From Planctomycetota bacterium (lineage in GTDB: Bacteria > Planctomycetota > UBA1135 > UBA2386), in contig CANMWZ010000016.1 in NCBI GenBank assembly GCA_947501605.1, positions 27,991-91,990 on the forward strand: 64,000 nucleotides of DNA, written 5' to 3'. A model generated the notes under the pieces. The model searched no databases, was not told the DNA's origin, and worked only from the letters and a program-made list of their open reading frames with translations. The stretch's first letter is position 1. Each line of letters starts with the position of its first letter. The position numbers and the translations under genes were made by a program. Shown here in pieces: positions 54,091 to 63,086 of this stretch.

Positions 54091-55475
54091 ACGACGTGCC
54101 ACACGATGCCGGTCTCGACGACCTGCAACGCGGCTTGCGCATGTCGGCGCCGCCGGATCCGAGCCACATCGCGCGCGAATCGCGATGGCTCGACGAGCTC
54201 GATCGCCAACCCCTCCACCGCCGTCTGCGCGGCTGGCTGTCGCTGTCGGGTCCAGGCTATCTGCAGAGCGCGCTGACCCTCGGTGCCGGCACAGCGACGA
54301 CCGCGCTGTTCAGCGGCGCCGTGTTCGGCTACGCGCTGCTCTGGGTCGCACCGGTCGCCATGGCGCTCGGCGTTGCGATGCTCAGTGCCATCGCGCACCA
54401 GACCCTGAGCACAGGCATGCGACCGTTGCCGGCGATGAGCCGCTTCGCCGGCGCGCCCTTCGCCGGCGCGTGGGCAGCGAGCTCGCTGCTGGCGTCGATC
54501 GTGTGGCACGTGCCGCAGTACAACCTCGCCGCCAACTCGGTCGTCGATCTGTGCGCCGTGGCGGGGCTCGCCGGCGTGCCAGCGATCGCCGCGAGTCCGT
54601 TGCTCTTGGCGGCGGCCATCTGGCTCTCGTGGAGCTATGGTGCGTCGCCACGACTCGTGCGTCGATACGAACAGTTCTGCAAGTGGCTGATCTGGGCCAC
54701 GGTCCTGTGCCTGTTGTGGGTCGTGATCCACACGCACACCGATTGGCGGGCACTGTTCGCAGGCTTCGTGCCGTCGCTGCCGGCGGACCGCGGTGAGCAC
54801 TCTGCCATCGAGATGGTGACCAGCGGCCTTGCTGCCGCCGTCGGCGTCAACATGGTGTTCCTCTATCCCTACTCGCTGCTGGCGCGCGGTTGGGGTCGTA
54901 GCCATCGTGGGCTCGCCAAGTGCGACCTCGTCTGCGGCATGCTGCTGCCGTACGCCCTGGCGACCAGCTTGATGACCGTCGCCGCTGCCAACACGCTGCA
55001 CGGGGAGGAGGTGGTGGCCAAGGGCGCCGCGATCCAGCAGATGGGCATGGTGCTCGGCTCCGTGCTCGGCCAAACCGCGGGCCGCGTCGTGTTTGACCTC
55101 GGCATGCTGGCGATGGCGTTCTCGACGATCTCGCTGCACATGCTGGTCTGCGGCTTCGTGGCGATGGAGTGGTTCCAGTGCCCGGTCGGCAGCCGGGCCT
55201 ACCGTGCGTTCACGTTGTTGCCGGCGCCAGCGGCCTTGGCGCCCGCGGTATTCCCTTCGGTGCCGGTGTGGCTCGCAGTGCCGACGAACATCGCCTGCGG
55301 CCTCTTGCTTCCGGTGACCTACGTCGGGTTCTTCGTGTTGCAGCGCAGCCGTGCCTATCTCGGGGTCGACCGCCTGCAGGGTCTGCGGGCGTTCTGCTGG
55401 CTCGTCGTCATGGGACTCGCGATCGCAGTGCCGATCGTGTCGATCGGTTACTACGCCATCGCGCGCTGGCTCTGA
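54087..55475 (+). CDS. Nramp-fold (MntH-like) membrane transporter lacking the canonical DPGN metal-binding motif
   Basis: About 11 hydrophobic segments. TM1 reads SGPGYLQSALTLGAGTATT where Nramps have GPG[FY]L....Y.DPGN. GTG start overlaps the OYE stop (GTGA at 54087-54090). Confidence 0.8.
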   Translation: MNDVPHDAGLDDLQRGLRMSAPPDPSHIARESRWLDELDRQPLHRRLRGWLSLSGPGYLQSALTLGAGTATTALFSGAVFGYALLWVAPVAMALGVAMLSAIAHQTLSTGMRPLPAMSRFAGAPFAGAWAASSLLASIVWHVPQYNLAANSVVDLCAVAGLAGVPAIAASPLLLAAAIWLSWSYGASPRLVRRYEQFCKWLIWATVLCLLWVVIHTHTDWRALFAGFVPSLPADRGEHSAIEMVTSGLAAAVGVNMVFLYPYSLLARGWGRSHRGLAKCDLVCGMLLPYALATSLMTVAAANTLHGEEVVAKGAAIQQMGMVLGSVLGQTAGRVVFDLGMLAMAFSTISLHMLVCGFVAMEWFQCPVGSRAYRAFTLLPAPAALAPAVFPSVPVWLAVPTNIACGLLLPVTYVGFFVLQRSRAYLGVDRLQGLRAFCWLVVMGLAIAVPIVSIGYYAIARWL

Positions 55476-55488
55476 CGAAGCGGCGCCC

Positions 55489-55977
55489 TCACCACGGCCG
55501 TTTGCCGGCCGTGGTGCGATGCGTCGACCCAGTGATCCACCACTCCCCTGAGCGGCGCGCCCATTTCGCCACGACCTCGATGGCCCACACGACGACTTCG
55601 CCGCTGCCCTCCTGGTCGTAGAGCACGAGCGGAAACGTCGTCTCGGCGGCGGCCCCTGGATCCGTCATCGCGATGGCAAAGCGATCCCAGTCGATCTCGG
55701 TCCGATGGCGGAACGCGCCGTCCTGCGTGCGTCGATTCTGGAACGCGTAGAGCAGCGCGCCGCGCAGCATGCCGCGGTCGAAGTTGCCGCTGACGTCGCG
55801 ATAGTCCTCGGCAAAGTGACGCAAGACCGAGAACGCCGCCGCGGCGTCGAACGCGGCCACCTCTTCGGCCAAGGCGGCACGGATACGCTCGTCATCGCTG
55901 CGCAACGACAGCCACAGTTCGCGGCCGCCGAGCCAGACGGCGAGTGCGGCGGCCACGAGCAAGAGAGCTCGCTTCAT
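55489..55977 (-). CDS. Hypothetical exported/anchored protein (162 aa)
   Basis: N-terminus [21 protein letters not shown] overlaps the fumarase stop (ATGA at 55974-55977). Confidence 0.6.
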   Translation of the reverse strand: MKRALLLVAAALAVWLGGRELWLSLRSDDERIRAALAEEVAAFDAAAAFSVLRHFAEDYRDVSGNFDRGMLRGALLYAFQNRRTQDGAFRHRTEIDWDRFAIAMTDPGAAAETTFPLVLYDQEGSGEVVVWAIEVVAKWARRSGEWWITGSTHRTTAGKRPW

Positions 55978-57575
55978 GCGAAGAAGTCGTGACCCTTGTC
56001 ATCGACCACCAGAAACGCGGGGAAGTCCTTCACTTCGATCTTCCAGACCGACTCCATACCGAGGTCTTCGAAGTCGATCACTTCGATCTTGGTGATGCTG
56101 TCCTGAGCCAGAATCGCCGCCGGCCCGCCGATCGAACCGAGGTAGAAGCCGCCGTGCTTCTTGCAGGCGTCGGTGACTGCCTTGCTGCGGTTGCCCTTGG
56201 CCAAGGTCACGTAGCTGCCGCCCGCCGCCATGAACTGCTCGACGTAGCCGTCCATGCGACCGGCTGTCGTCGGTCCAAACGAACCGGACGCCATCCCCGT
56301 CGGCGTCTTCGATGGGCCAGCGTAGTAGACCAGATGGTCCTTGAAGTACTGCGGCAACGGCTGCCCCCGGTCGAGCATGTCCTTGAGCCGGGCGTGCGCG
56401 ATGTCGCGCGCGACGACCATCGGGCCGGTCAGTGCAAAGCGCGTCTTGATCGGGTGCTTCGAAATCGCAGCTCGAAGCTCGGTCATGGGCCGCGACAAGT
56501 CGAGCGCCACCACGTTGCCAGCAACCTCGTTCTCGCTTGGGTCCGGCAGGAAGCGCGCGGGGTTGGTCTCCAACTGCTCCACGAACACGCCGTCCTTGGT
56601 GATCTTGCCCTTGGCTTGGCGGTCCGCAGAACACGACACCCCGATACCGATCGGGCAGCTCGCACCATGGCGCGGCAAGCGGATCACACGCACGTCGTGA
56701 CAGAAGTACTTGCCACCGAACTGCGCGCCGATGCCGTTCTTGCGCGTAATGGCCAGGACCTGCTGTTCGAGTTCCAAGTCGCGAAACGCGCGGCCCCTGG
56801 CATTGCCGCTGGTCGGCAGTGTGTCGAGGTAGCGAGCGCTCGCGAGCTTGACGACCTTCATCGTGAACTCGGCCGACATGCCGCCGATGACGATCGCGAG
56901 ATGGTACGGCGGGCACGCCGCGGTGCCGAGCTTCCGCGTCTCCTTGTCGATCCACTCCAGCAAGGACGTTGGGTTGAGGCGCGCCTTGGTCTCCTGATAG
57001 AGGAACGACTTGTTGGCCGAACCGCCGCCCTTGGTCAGGAACAAGAACTGGTACTCCTCGCCACCAGTCGCATAGAGCTCGATCTGCGCCGGCAGGTTGT
57101 CGCCGGTGTTGACCTCCTTGTACATGTCGAGCGGCGCCATCTGCGAGTAGCGCAAATTGGTCTCTGTGAACGTGCGGTACACACCGCGGCTCAGCGCCAC
57201 TTCGTCATCGCCTTCCGTCCACACGTACTGCCCCTTCTTGCCGATCACGATCGCGGTACCGGTGTCCTGGCATCCAGGCAGCACCATGCCGGCGGCGACG
57301 TTGGCGTTCTTCAGCAGTTGCAGCGCAACGAAGCGATCGTTTGCCGAGGCCTCACCATCGTCCAGGATGTTGCGTAGCTGCTGCAGGTGGCCCGGTCGCA
57401 ACAGGTGGCTGATGTCGCGCATTGCCGCGAACGTCAGTTGCTCCAGCGCTACGTCCGCGATCCGCAGAATCGTGCGGCCTGCCACGCTCTCGGTCCGCAC
57501 GTGCTCGCTCGTGAGCAAGCGATAGGGCGTCGCATCGGGACCGAGTTCGAACAGCTGTTGAAACTGGAAGGGCAT
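55974..57575 (-). CDS. Class I (Fe-S) fumarate hydratase, fused alpha/beta type
   Basis: [29 protein letters not shown], and the C-terminal beta-domain [14 protein letters not shown]...YYAGP. Confidence 0.93.
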   Translation of the reverse strand: MPFQFQQLFELGPDATPYRLLTSEHVRTESVAGRTILRIADVALEQLTFAAMRDISHLLRPGHLQQLRNILDDGEASANDRFVALQLLKNANVAAGMVLPGCQDTGTAIVIGKKGQYVWTEGDDEVALSRGVYRTFTETNLRYSQMAPLDMYKEVNTGDNLPAQIELYATGGEEYQFLFLTKGGGSANKSFLYQETKARLNPTSLLEWIDKETRKLGTAACPPYHLAIVIGGMSAEFTMKVVKLASARYLDTLPTSGNARGRAFRDLELEQQVLAITRKNGIGAQFGGKYFCHDVRVIRLPRHGASCPIGIGVSCSADRQAKGKITKDGVFVEQLETNPARFLPDPSENEVAGNVVALDLSRPMTELRAAISKHPIKTRFALTGPMVVARDIAHARLKDMLDRGQPLPQYFKDHLVYYAGPSKTPTGMASGSFGPTTAGRMDGYVEQFMAAGGSYVTLAKGNRSKAVTDACKKHGGFYLGSIGGPAAILAQDSITKIEVIDFEDLGMESVWKIEVKDFPAFLVVDDKGHDFFA

Positions 57576-57638
57576 GCCCCGTTCGTATAGCCGCGAGCGC
57601 GGTCAGAAGCATCGGGCCGATGCACTACCAATCTCTGG

Positions 57639-59369
57639 TCAACGGCCTTGCGAGGGCCGCGATGCGCCGCCGAAGGTGAAGGCCTGCCCTACCGTGACCG
57701 CGAGATTCCAGCCATCCATGTTGCCGTCAACGTCATCGAGCGGCCGCGCCAGATCGATGCGCAGAACCGGTGCGCCGAGCAAGGGGGCGGAGCCCACGCG
57801 CACACCGCCGCCGGCACCGACAAACGGCCGTCCGAGCGCTTCGCTTCTGCCCATCCAACCGACGTCGGTGAAGGCGCACAGGCCTAGCCGGAAGACCCAG
57901 ATCTCGAGGCCCGTGTCCCAGCGCTCTTCCAGGTTGGCGAGCAGTCGGTGCGTCCCGGACAACAGCCTCGCGTCGTAGCCGCGCAGGCCGTTGTCGGCGC
58001 CCAGAGTGAGCTCGGCCGTCAGATCTTGCTCCTCGTCGACCGCGTCAAAGCGCAACTGCCCAGCGAGTGCATGGTGCTTGGCCACAGCCGAGAGCCACTG
58101 CGTCCTTGCACTGACGTTGAAACCGACGGCAGCGCCATTGGCAAAGCGGATCGTGCCGTCGGTACTGAGTCCGAGGAGCGTGGCTGCCCACGGCTCGAAC
58201 ACGGTGCCCGCATGCAGCTGCAGTTCGGGCTGGAGCTCGGTGCCCCGACCTGCCTCGTCGCGCAGACTGCCGCCGAGGGTCACTTCCAGCTGCGTGGCGA
58301 GCGCGATGTCCTGCACGAAGCCCAACGTGTCGAAAGCGGAAGCCTCGCGAAAGGCCGAGATCCACTGACCGCGGAAGGTACCGCCCGCGAACAACCGTAC
58401 GGTGTCGCCGGGGACCCGCAGCTCGGGGGCAAGAGCGCCCGTGGCTTCCCCGTACTCCAGCTGCTCGATGCGGGCCGTACCGCCGAACCCCGATCGGTCG
58501 TAGCGCGGCCCGTCGGCCCACAGCAGACTCGAGTCGAGCGCGAGGCGACGGTACGGAACCGAGCCCTCCTCTTCGCCGAGGCGGAAGTAGTCGGCCGCCA
58601 GTTCGTCGTGCGCCAGTGCAAGGCGCCAGCTCTGCGGGTCCTTCAGGTGCTTCCACGGCCGTTCGACTTCGAGTCCAAGACCGTCGCCCTCGTCGGTTCG
58701 CGACAGCCGCACATTGCCCCGGATCCAGGTGTCGAATAGGTGCAGGTCCGAGTAGCTCACGGCACCGCGGAACTCGCCATCGCTGCTGTCGCGGAAGGTG
58801 CCGGCCACACGGTCACCCTGGCCCCTTAGGTTGCTCTCGCCCGCGGCCACGTTGAAGCCACTGACCCCACCGACGTAGCTTGCGCCGCCACCCAGGATGA
58901 GCGTCAAGCGGTCGCGCGTGACGATCACGAGATCGACCTCGAGGGGCACGTTGGTCCGCACCAACTGGACCCGCACCTCAGCGAAGATGCCCAGGGCTCG
59001 AAGATTGCGCTCCAGCTCCTCCGCTTGGCTCACGTCAATCCATTCGCCCGGCTGGACGAAGACTTCGCGCAGCACGACGTCGCGGTCGGTGGTGACGTGC
59101 ACCGCATTCACGAGCCTTGGTAGAACGCGACCGCTGCGCTCGGCATCGTGGAACACCTCGTCGGTCGAAACGCGGATCGCTCGCAGACGGCCGGCGACCC
59201 GATCGCTCTGGGGAAGGGGATCGCGCGACGGCGCCGCAGGCACAGCGGACTGCGGCGGCGATGCCGGCGTCGGCACCTGGGCGGGCAGCGCACAAGCGCA
59301 GGACCACGACAACCACGCCACGACGCCCCAGGCGACGACGATCTGCTGCAACGCACGCAAGCCCTGCAT
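57639..59369 (-). CDS. Omp85-family outer-membrane protein (BamA/TamA-like: POTRA + beta-barrel)
   Basis: Signal peptide. POTRA-like VLREVFVQPGEWIDVSQAEELERNLRALGIFAEVRV. Alternating beta-strand pattern, with Gly/aromatic-rich C-terminal strands (VTVGQAFTF). Confidence 0.8.
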   Translation of the reverse strand: MQGLRALQQIVVAWGVVAWLSWSCACALPAQVPTPASPPQSAVPAAPSRDPLPQSDRVAGRLRAIRVSTDEVFHDAERSGRVLPRLVNAVHVTTDRDVVLREVFVQPGEWIDVSQAEELERNLRALGIFAEVRVQLVRTNVPLEVDLVIVTRDRLTLILGGGASYVGGVSGFNVAAGESNLRGQGDRVAGTFRDSSDGEFRGAVSYSDLHLFDTWIRGNVRLSRTDEGDGLGLEVERPWKHLKDPQSWRLALAHDELAADYFRLGEEEGSVPYRRLALDSSLLWADGPRYDRSGFGGTARIEQLEYGEATGALAPELRVPGDTVRLFAGGTFRGQWISAFREASAFDTLGFVQDIALATQLEVTLGGSLRDEAGRGTELQPELQLHAGTVFEPWAATLLGLSTDGTIRFANGAAVGFNVSARTQWLSAVAKHHALAGQLRFDAVDEEQDLTAELTLGADNGLRGYDARLLSGTHRLLANLEERWDTGLEIWVFRLGLCAFTDVGWMGRSEALGRPFVGAGGGVRVGSAPLLGAPVLRIDLARPLDDVDGNMDGWNLAVTVGQAFTFGGASRPSQGR

Positions 59370-59470
59370 TTCACCGGCACCTTACTCGGACTGCCACGAG
59401 ACCGCTGACGAAGCCTGCGACCAGGACTGTGCCTCGCGCCCACCGGCAAGGACCCGTAGGCTCCACGCGG

Positions 59471-60634
59471 ATGCCAGAGCGGACCGCAGCAATCACACCC
59501 ACGCGACTGTGCTTCGCCGCCGCCCATGTGGTCTTGCACGAGGGTTACCGCGACCTGGGCCACCGCCTCGACCAGCCGTCGAGCTCTGCTGCGATCCGCG
59601 CCCACCTCGACTGGGATGCGACGATGCGCTTGCGATCCTGGCTGTCGAGCCATGGCTTTGGCATCGCCGAGGCCATGGACACCGCCCAGCGGTTCGTTCT
59701 TGGCTGGGAGTCGGCACAGGAGTTGATTGCGCGCACGGGTGCGTTGCACCTGCCGCACGGCTTCTGCGCCGGTGCTGGCACGGACCACCTCGGAAGCGTG
59801 AACTCGCCGCAAGACCTCATCGACGGCGTCGCTCACCAGTGCGCGCAGATCGCGGAGCACGACGGCATCCCGGTGATCCTGCCGATGTCGTTCCTGGCCC
59901 GCACCAACGCCAGTGCCAACGACTACGTCGCGGTCTACCGCGGCATCCTCGAGCGCACTGCGGGCCCTTTGTTCTTGCACTGGCTCGGCCCGATGTTCTT
60001 GCCGGAGCTCGATGGCTACTTCCCGGGCGACTCGTTGCCGCGGATTCTCGCCCTCGACCGCCAGAAGGTGCGCGGCATCAAGATCTCGATGCTCGATGCG
60101 AAGCTCGAAGTCCGCCTGCGCCGGGAACTCCTGCCGCACGACCAGATCGTGCTCACGGGCGATGACTTCCACTTCAGCCGCCTGATTCTGGGCGGCGACC
60201 CTGAACGCGAACCGCTGCCTGTGGCCGCACGCGTCGAACGCTATACCACCATCGGCGCCCACCGCGTCGCGCTCGGCGACTTCAGCCACGCACTGCTTGG
60301 CGTGCTGGACGCAATCGCCGAACCCGCCGGACGCGCGCTGCAGGCCCTTTCGCGCGGCGACAGCGCGCGCTTTGCCGACCTGATGGGCCCATGCGAACAG
60401 CTCTCTCGCCACGTGTTCTGCGCGCCGACGCAGCACTACAAGGCCGGGCTGGCATTCTTGAACTATCTGGCGGGGCGCCAACCGAACCCGATGCTGATCC
60501 GGCGCGAAGACCTCGCGCGCGACGCCGATCATTATCGCCGCGCCGCCGAACTCGCAGTCCGGTGTGGAGCGCTCGCCGACACACCCGAGGTCACGGCCCG
60601 CCTGCAGAACTTCTTGGCGGAGCCCCGCGCATGA
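59471..60634 (+). CDS. Hypothetical enzyme-like protein (387 aa), possibly DUF993 family (TIM-barrel/DHDPS-like). The family call is from recollection only.
   Basis: Trimmed to ATG 59471; the upstream part of the track ORF is Arg/Pro/Thr-rich shadow frame antisense to the Omp85 gene. GC-rich third positions. Translationally coupled to the next gene. Confidence 0.7.
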   Translation: MPERTAAITPTRLCFAAAHVVLHEGYRDLGHRLDQPSSSAAIRAHLDWDATMRLRSWLSSHGFGIAEAMDTAQRFVLGWESAQELIARTGALHLPHGFCAGAGTDHLGSVNSPQDLIDGVAHQCAQIAEHDGIPVILPMSFLARTNASANDYVAVYRGILERTAGPLFLHWLGPMFLPELDGYFPGDSLPRILALDRQKVRGIKISMLDAKLEVRLRRELLPHDQIVLTGDDFHFSRLILGGDPEREPLPVAARVERYTTIGAHRVALGDFSHALLGVLDAIAEPAGRALQALSRGDSARFADLMGPCEQLSRHVFCAPTQHYKAGLAFLNYLAGRQPNPMLIRREDLARDADHYRRAAELAVRCGALADTPEVTARLQNFLAEPRA

Positions 60635-61605
60635 AGCCTCGTGTGTTCGTCACTCGCAAGGTCTACCCACAGGCGGTCGCGATTCTGCAAGAGGACTTCA
60701 TCGTCGACTACCGCGACACCTACGAAGTCGCGGACCCTGACACCTTGAAGCGCAAGTTGCTGCTCGCAGACGGCATCGTCTGCCAACTGACCGACAGCAT
60801 CACGGCAGAGCTCTTGGCCTTGGCCCCAAAGCTCAAGGTCGTGAGCCAAGTGGCGGTCGGCTACGACAACATCGACGTCGATGCAGCCACGGCCCGCGGC
60901 ATCGTCGTCACCAACACTCCCGGCGTGCTGACCGAGTCCACCGCCGACCTGACGCTCGCGCTCATCCTGTCGGTGGCGCGCCGCGTGCCCGAAGCGGAAC
61001 GGTATCTCCGCTGTGGTTCGTGGAAGCGATGGGACATCGACTTGCTCGCCGGCATCGACCTGAACGGCAAGACCCTCGGCATCGTCGGCATGGGCCGCAT
61101 CGGCCAGGCGGTGGCGCGCCGCGCCCAGGGCTTCTCGATGCGCATTCTCTACAGCGCGCCAACACCGTTGCCCCCGGCGCTCGGAGACGAACTGCGGGCG
61201 CAGCACGTGCCGCTGCGCATGCTGCTCCAACAGAGTGACTTCGTGACCCTGCACGTGCCATATCGCGAGAGCACGCACCATCTGATCGGCGTCGACGAAT
61301 TGGCGGTGATGAAGCGCGGCGCGTTCTTGATCAACACGTCACGCGGCTCGATCGTGCACGAGGCGGCCTTGGTCGCAGCCCTCGAAGAGAAAATGCTCTC
61401 CGGTGCCGGCCTCGATGTGTTCGAGCACGAACCCAAGGTCCACCAGGGCCTACTCGCGCTCGACAACGTCGTACTGCTGCCGCACATCGGCTCGGCCACC
61501 ATCGCAACGCGCACGCGGATGTGCACACTCGCCGCCGAGAACTGCGCCGCGGTGCTCAAGGGAGAGCGCCCGAAGAACCCAGTCAACCCGGGCGTGTTAC
61601 GGTGA
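60631..61605 (+). CDS. D-isomer-specific 2-hydroxyacid dehydrogenase (glyoxylate/hydroxypyruvate reductase-like)
   Basis: NAD motif GIVGMGRIGQAVARRA, plus VGYDNIDV and LPHIGSAT (catalytic His). ATG overlaps the upstream stop (ATGA at 60631-60634). Confidence 0.9.
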   Translation: MKPRVFVTRKVYPQAVAILQEDFIVDYRDTYEVADPDTLKRKLLLADGIVCQLTDSITAELLALAPKLKVVSQVAVGYDNIDVDAATARGIVVTNTPGVLTESTADLTLALILSVARRVPEAERYLRCGSWKRWDIDLLAGIDLNGKTLGIVGMGRIGQAVARRAQGFSMRILYSAPTPLPPALGDELRAQHVPLRMLLQQSDFVTLHVPYRESTHHLIGVDELAVMKRGAFLINTSRGSIVHEAALVAALEEKMLSGAGLDVFEHEPKVHQGLLALDNVVLLPHIGSATIATRTRMCTLAAENCAAVLKGERPKNPVNPGVLR

Positions 61606-62906
61606 AAGACCGCCTGCGCGCGAACTTCGCCGCCGTACTGCGCGAACTCGACCCGACGCCGGCGGTCCGAACGGCACTGCAGTCGCGCCACGCCGAGCTG
61701 GTCACCGTCCGCGATGTGTTGGTGCTGGCTCTCGGCAAGGCTGCACGGCCGATGGCAACAGCGGCCGCAGCCGAGCTGCGGGCGATCGCGCCAAAGGCCA
61801 CAGTCCGCGGCCTCGTCGTGGTGCCGGAGCCGGATGACCGCGCCCTACCGCCATTCGAAGTCCTTGCTGGTGGGCACCCATTGCCGACCGCCGGCAGCTT
61901 CGCAGCCGCGCGCCGCGCACTCCAACTCTGCCATGAAGCGTCGTCGCAGACGTTCGTGCTGTTCCTGATCTCTGGCGGCGCGTCGTCGCTGTGCGAGTTG
62001 CCGCTCGACGATTCGATTTCGCTCGCATCGTGGCGCGAGTTCTACCGCGCGCTGGTCGGCTCGGGCGCGGGCATCGAGGCGATCAACACCGTGCGCAAGT
62101 TCGTGTCGGCGACCAAGGGCGGCAAGCTCGCAGCGGCGGCGCACCGGGCCCACAGCCAGTGGACACTCGCGATTGGCGACGTACCAGGCGACGACCTTTC
62201 CGCGCTGGGCTCGGGTCCGTCTCTGGGCTGCGATACCACGCTCGCCGAGTTCAGAGAGGTCCTGCTTCGCCACGATCTGCTGCAGACGGTGCCCCTGCCC
62301 CTTCGCGCGCGTGCGGCGATCGCAGACCTGCCGCCCCTGTTGCAGCGAGATGCACCGTGCATGGCGCATAGCCGCGCATTTTCGCTACTCGACAATGACG
62401 TCGCCGTGGCCGCGGCACAACTGCAGGCTCTCGGCAACGGCTTTCGCACCGTGGTCGTGCGCGACGCCGACGAACTGCAGAGCCACGAGGCGGCGGCACA
62501 TCTGCTCGCCGTGCTGCGCGACGAGGTCGCGCATGCAGCCGGCCCGGTCGCAGTGATCGCCGGCGGTGAGGTGCGTGTCGCCCTGCCGGCGCAGGTCGGC
62601 ACTGGCGGCCGCAATCAGCATTTTGCGCTGCAGTGCGCCATCGCGATCGCCGAGGAGCCGATCACGGTGCTCAGCTGCGGCACCGACGGCATCGACGGCA
62701 ACTCCACCGCCGCGGGGGCTCTGGTCGACGGCACGACGATCGCGCGCGCGCGAGCACGTGGCCTCGACGTCGACGCGGCGCTGCGCACCTTCGACGCCTT
62801 CCCGCTGCTCCATGCACTCGGCGATACGGTGATCACCGGGCCAACGGGCACCAACGTCCGCGATGTCCGCATCCTGGTTCACAGCGGCGCAGCCGCGAAG
62901 GCCTAG
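61602..62906 (+). CDS. Glycerate kinase of the MOFRL/DUF4147 type (glycerate 2-kinase / TtuD-like)
   Basis: LGKAARPMA, ISGGASSL, and AGGEVRVALP...GTGGRNQHFAL...CGTDGIDG. GTG start overlaps the upstream stop (GTGA at 61602-61605). Confidence 0.85.
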   Translation: MKDRLRANFAAVLRELDPTPAVRTALQSRHAELVTVRDVLVLALGKAARPMATAAAAELRAIAPKATVRGLVVVPEPDDRALPPFEVLAGGHPLPTAGSFAAARRALQLCHEASSQTFVLFLISGGASSLCELPLDDSISLASWREFYRALVGSGAGIEAINTVRKFVSATKGGKLAAAAHRAHSQWTLAIGDVPGDDLSALGSGPSLGCDTTLAEFREVLLRHDLLQTVPLPLRARAAIADLPPLLQRDAPCMAHSRAFSLLDNDVAVAAAQLQALGNGFRTVVVRDADELQSHEAAAHLLAVLRDEVAHAAGPVAVIAGGEVRVALPAQVGTGGRNQHFALQCAIAIAEEPITVLSCGTDGIDGNSTAAGALVDGTTIARARARGLDVDAALRTFDAFPLLHALGDTVITGPTGTNVRDVRILVHSGAAAKA

Positions 62907-63086
62907 CCGCCTGTGGAACAACGGCGCCGTCGCCGCGGGCTCGGGAGCTGGGTTCCGATCAAGCAGCGCGAACGGCGTCGAATCTGCAGTTTCGACGCAG
63001 TTCGTGCGCCGCAGCGATCGGACCAGCTCCCGCGCCAGCAGGCAGGATGCGTTCTGCAACAGACGGGTGGGGCAACCACTCGTAGC

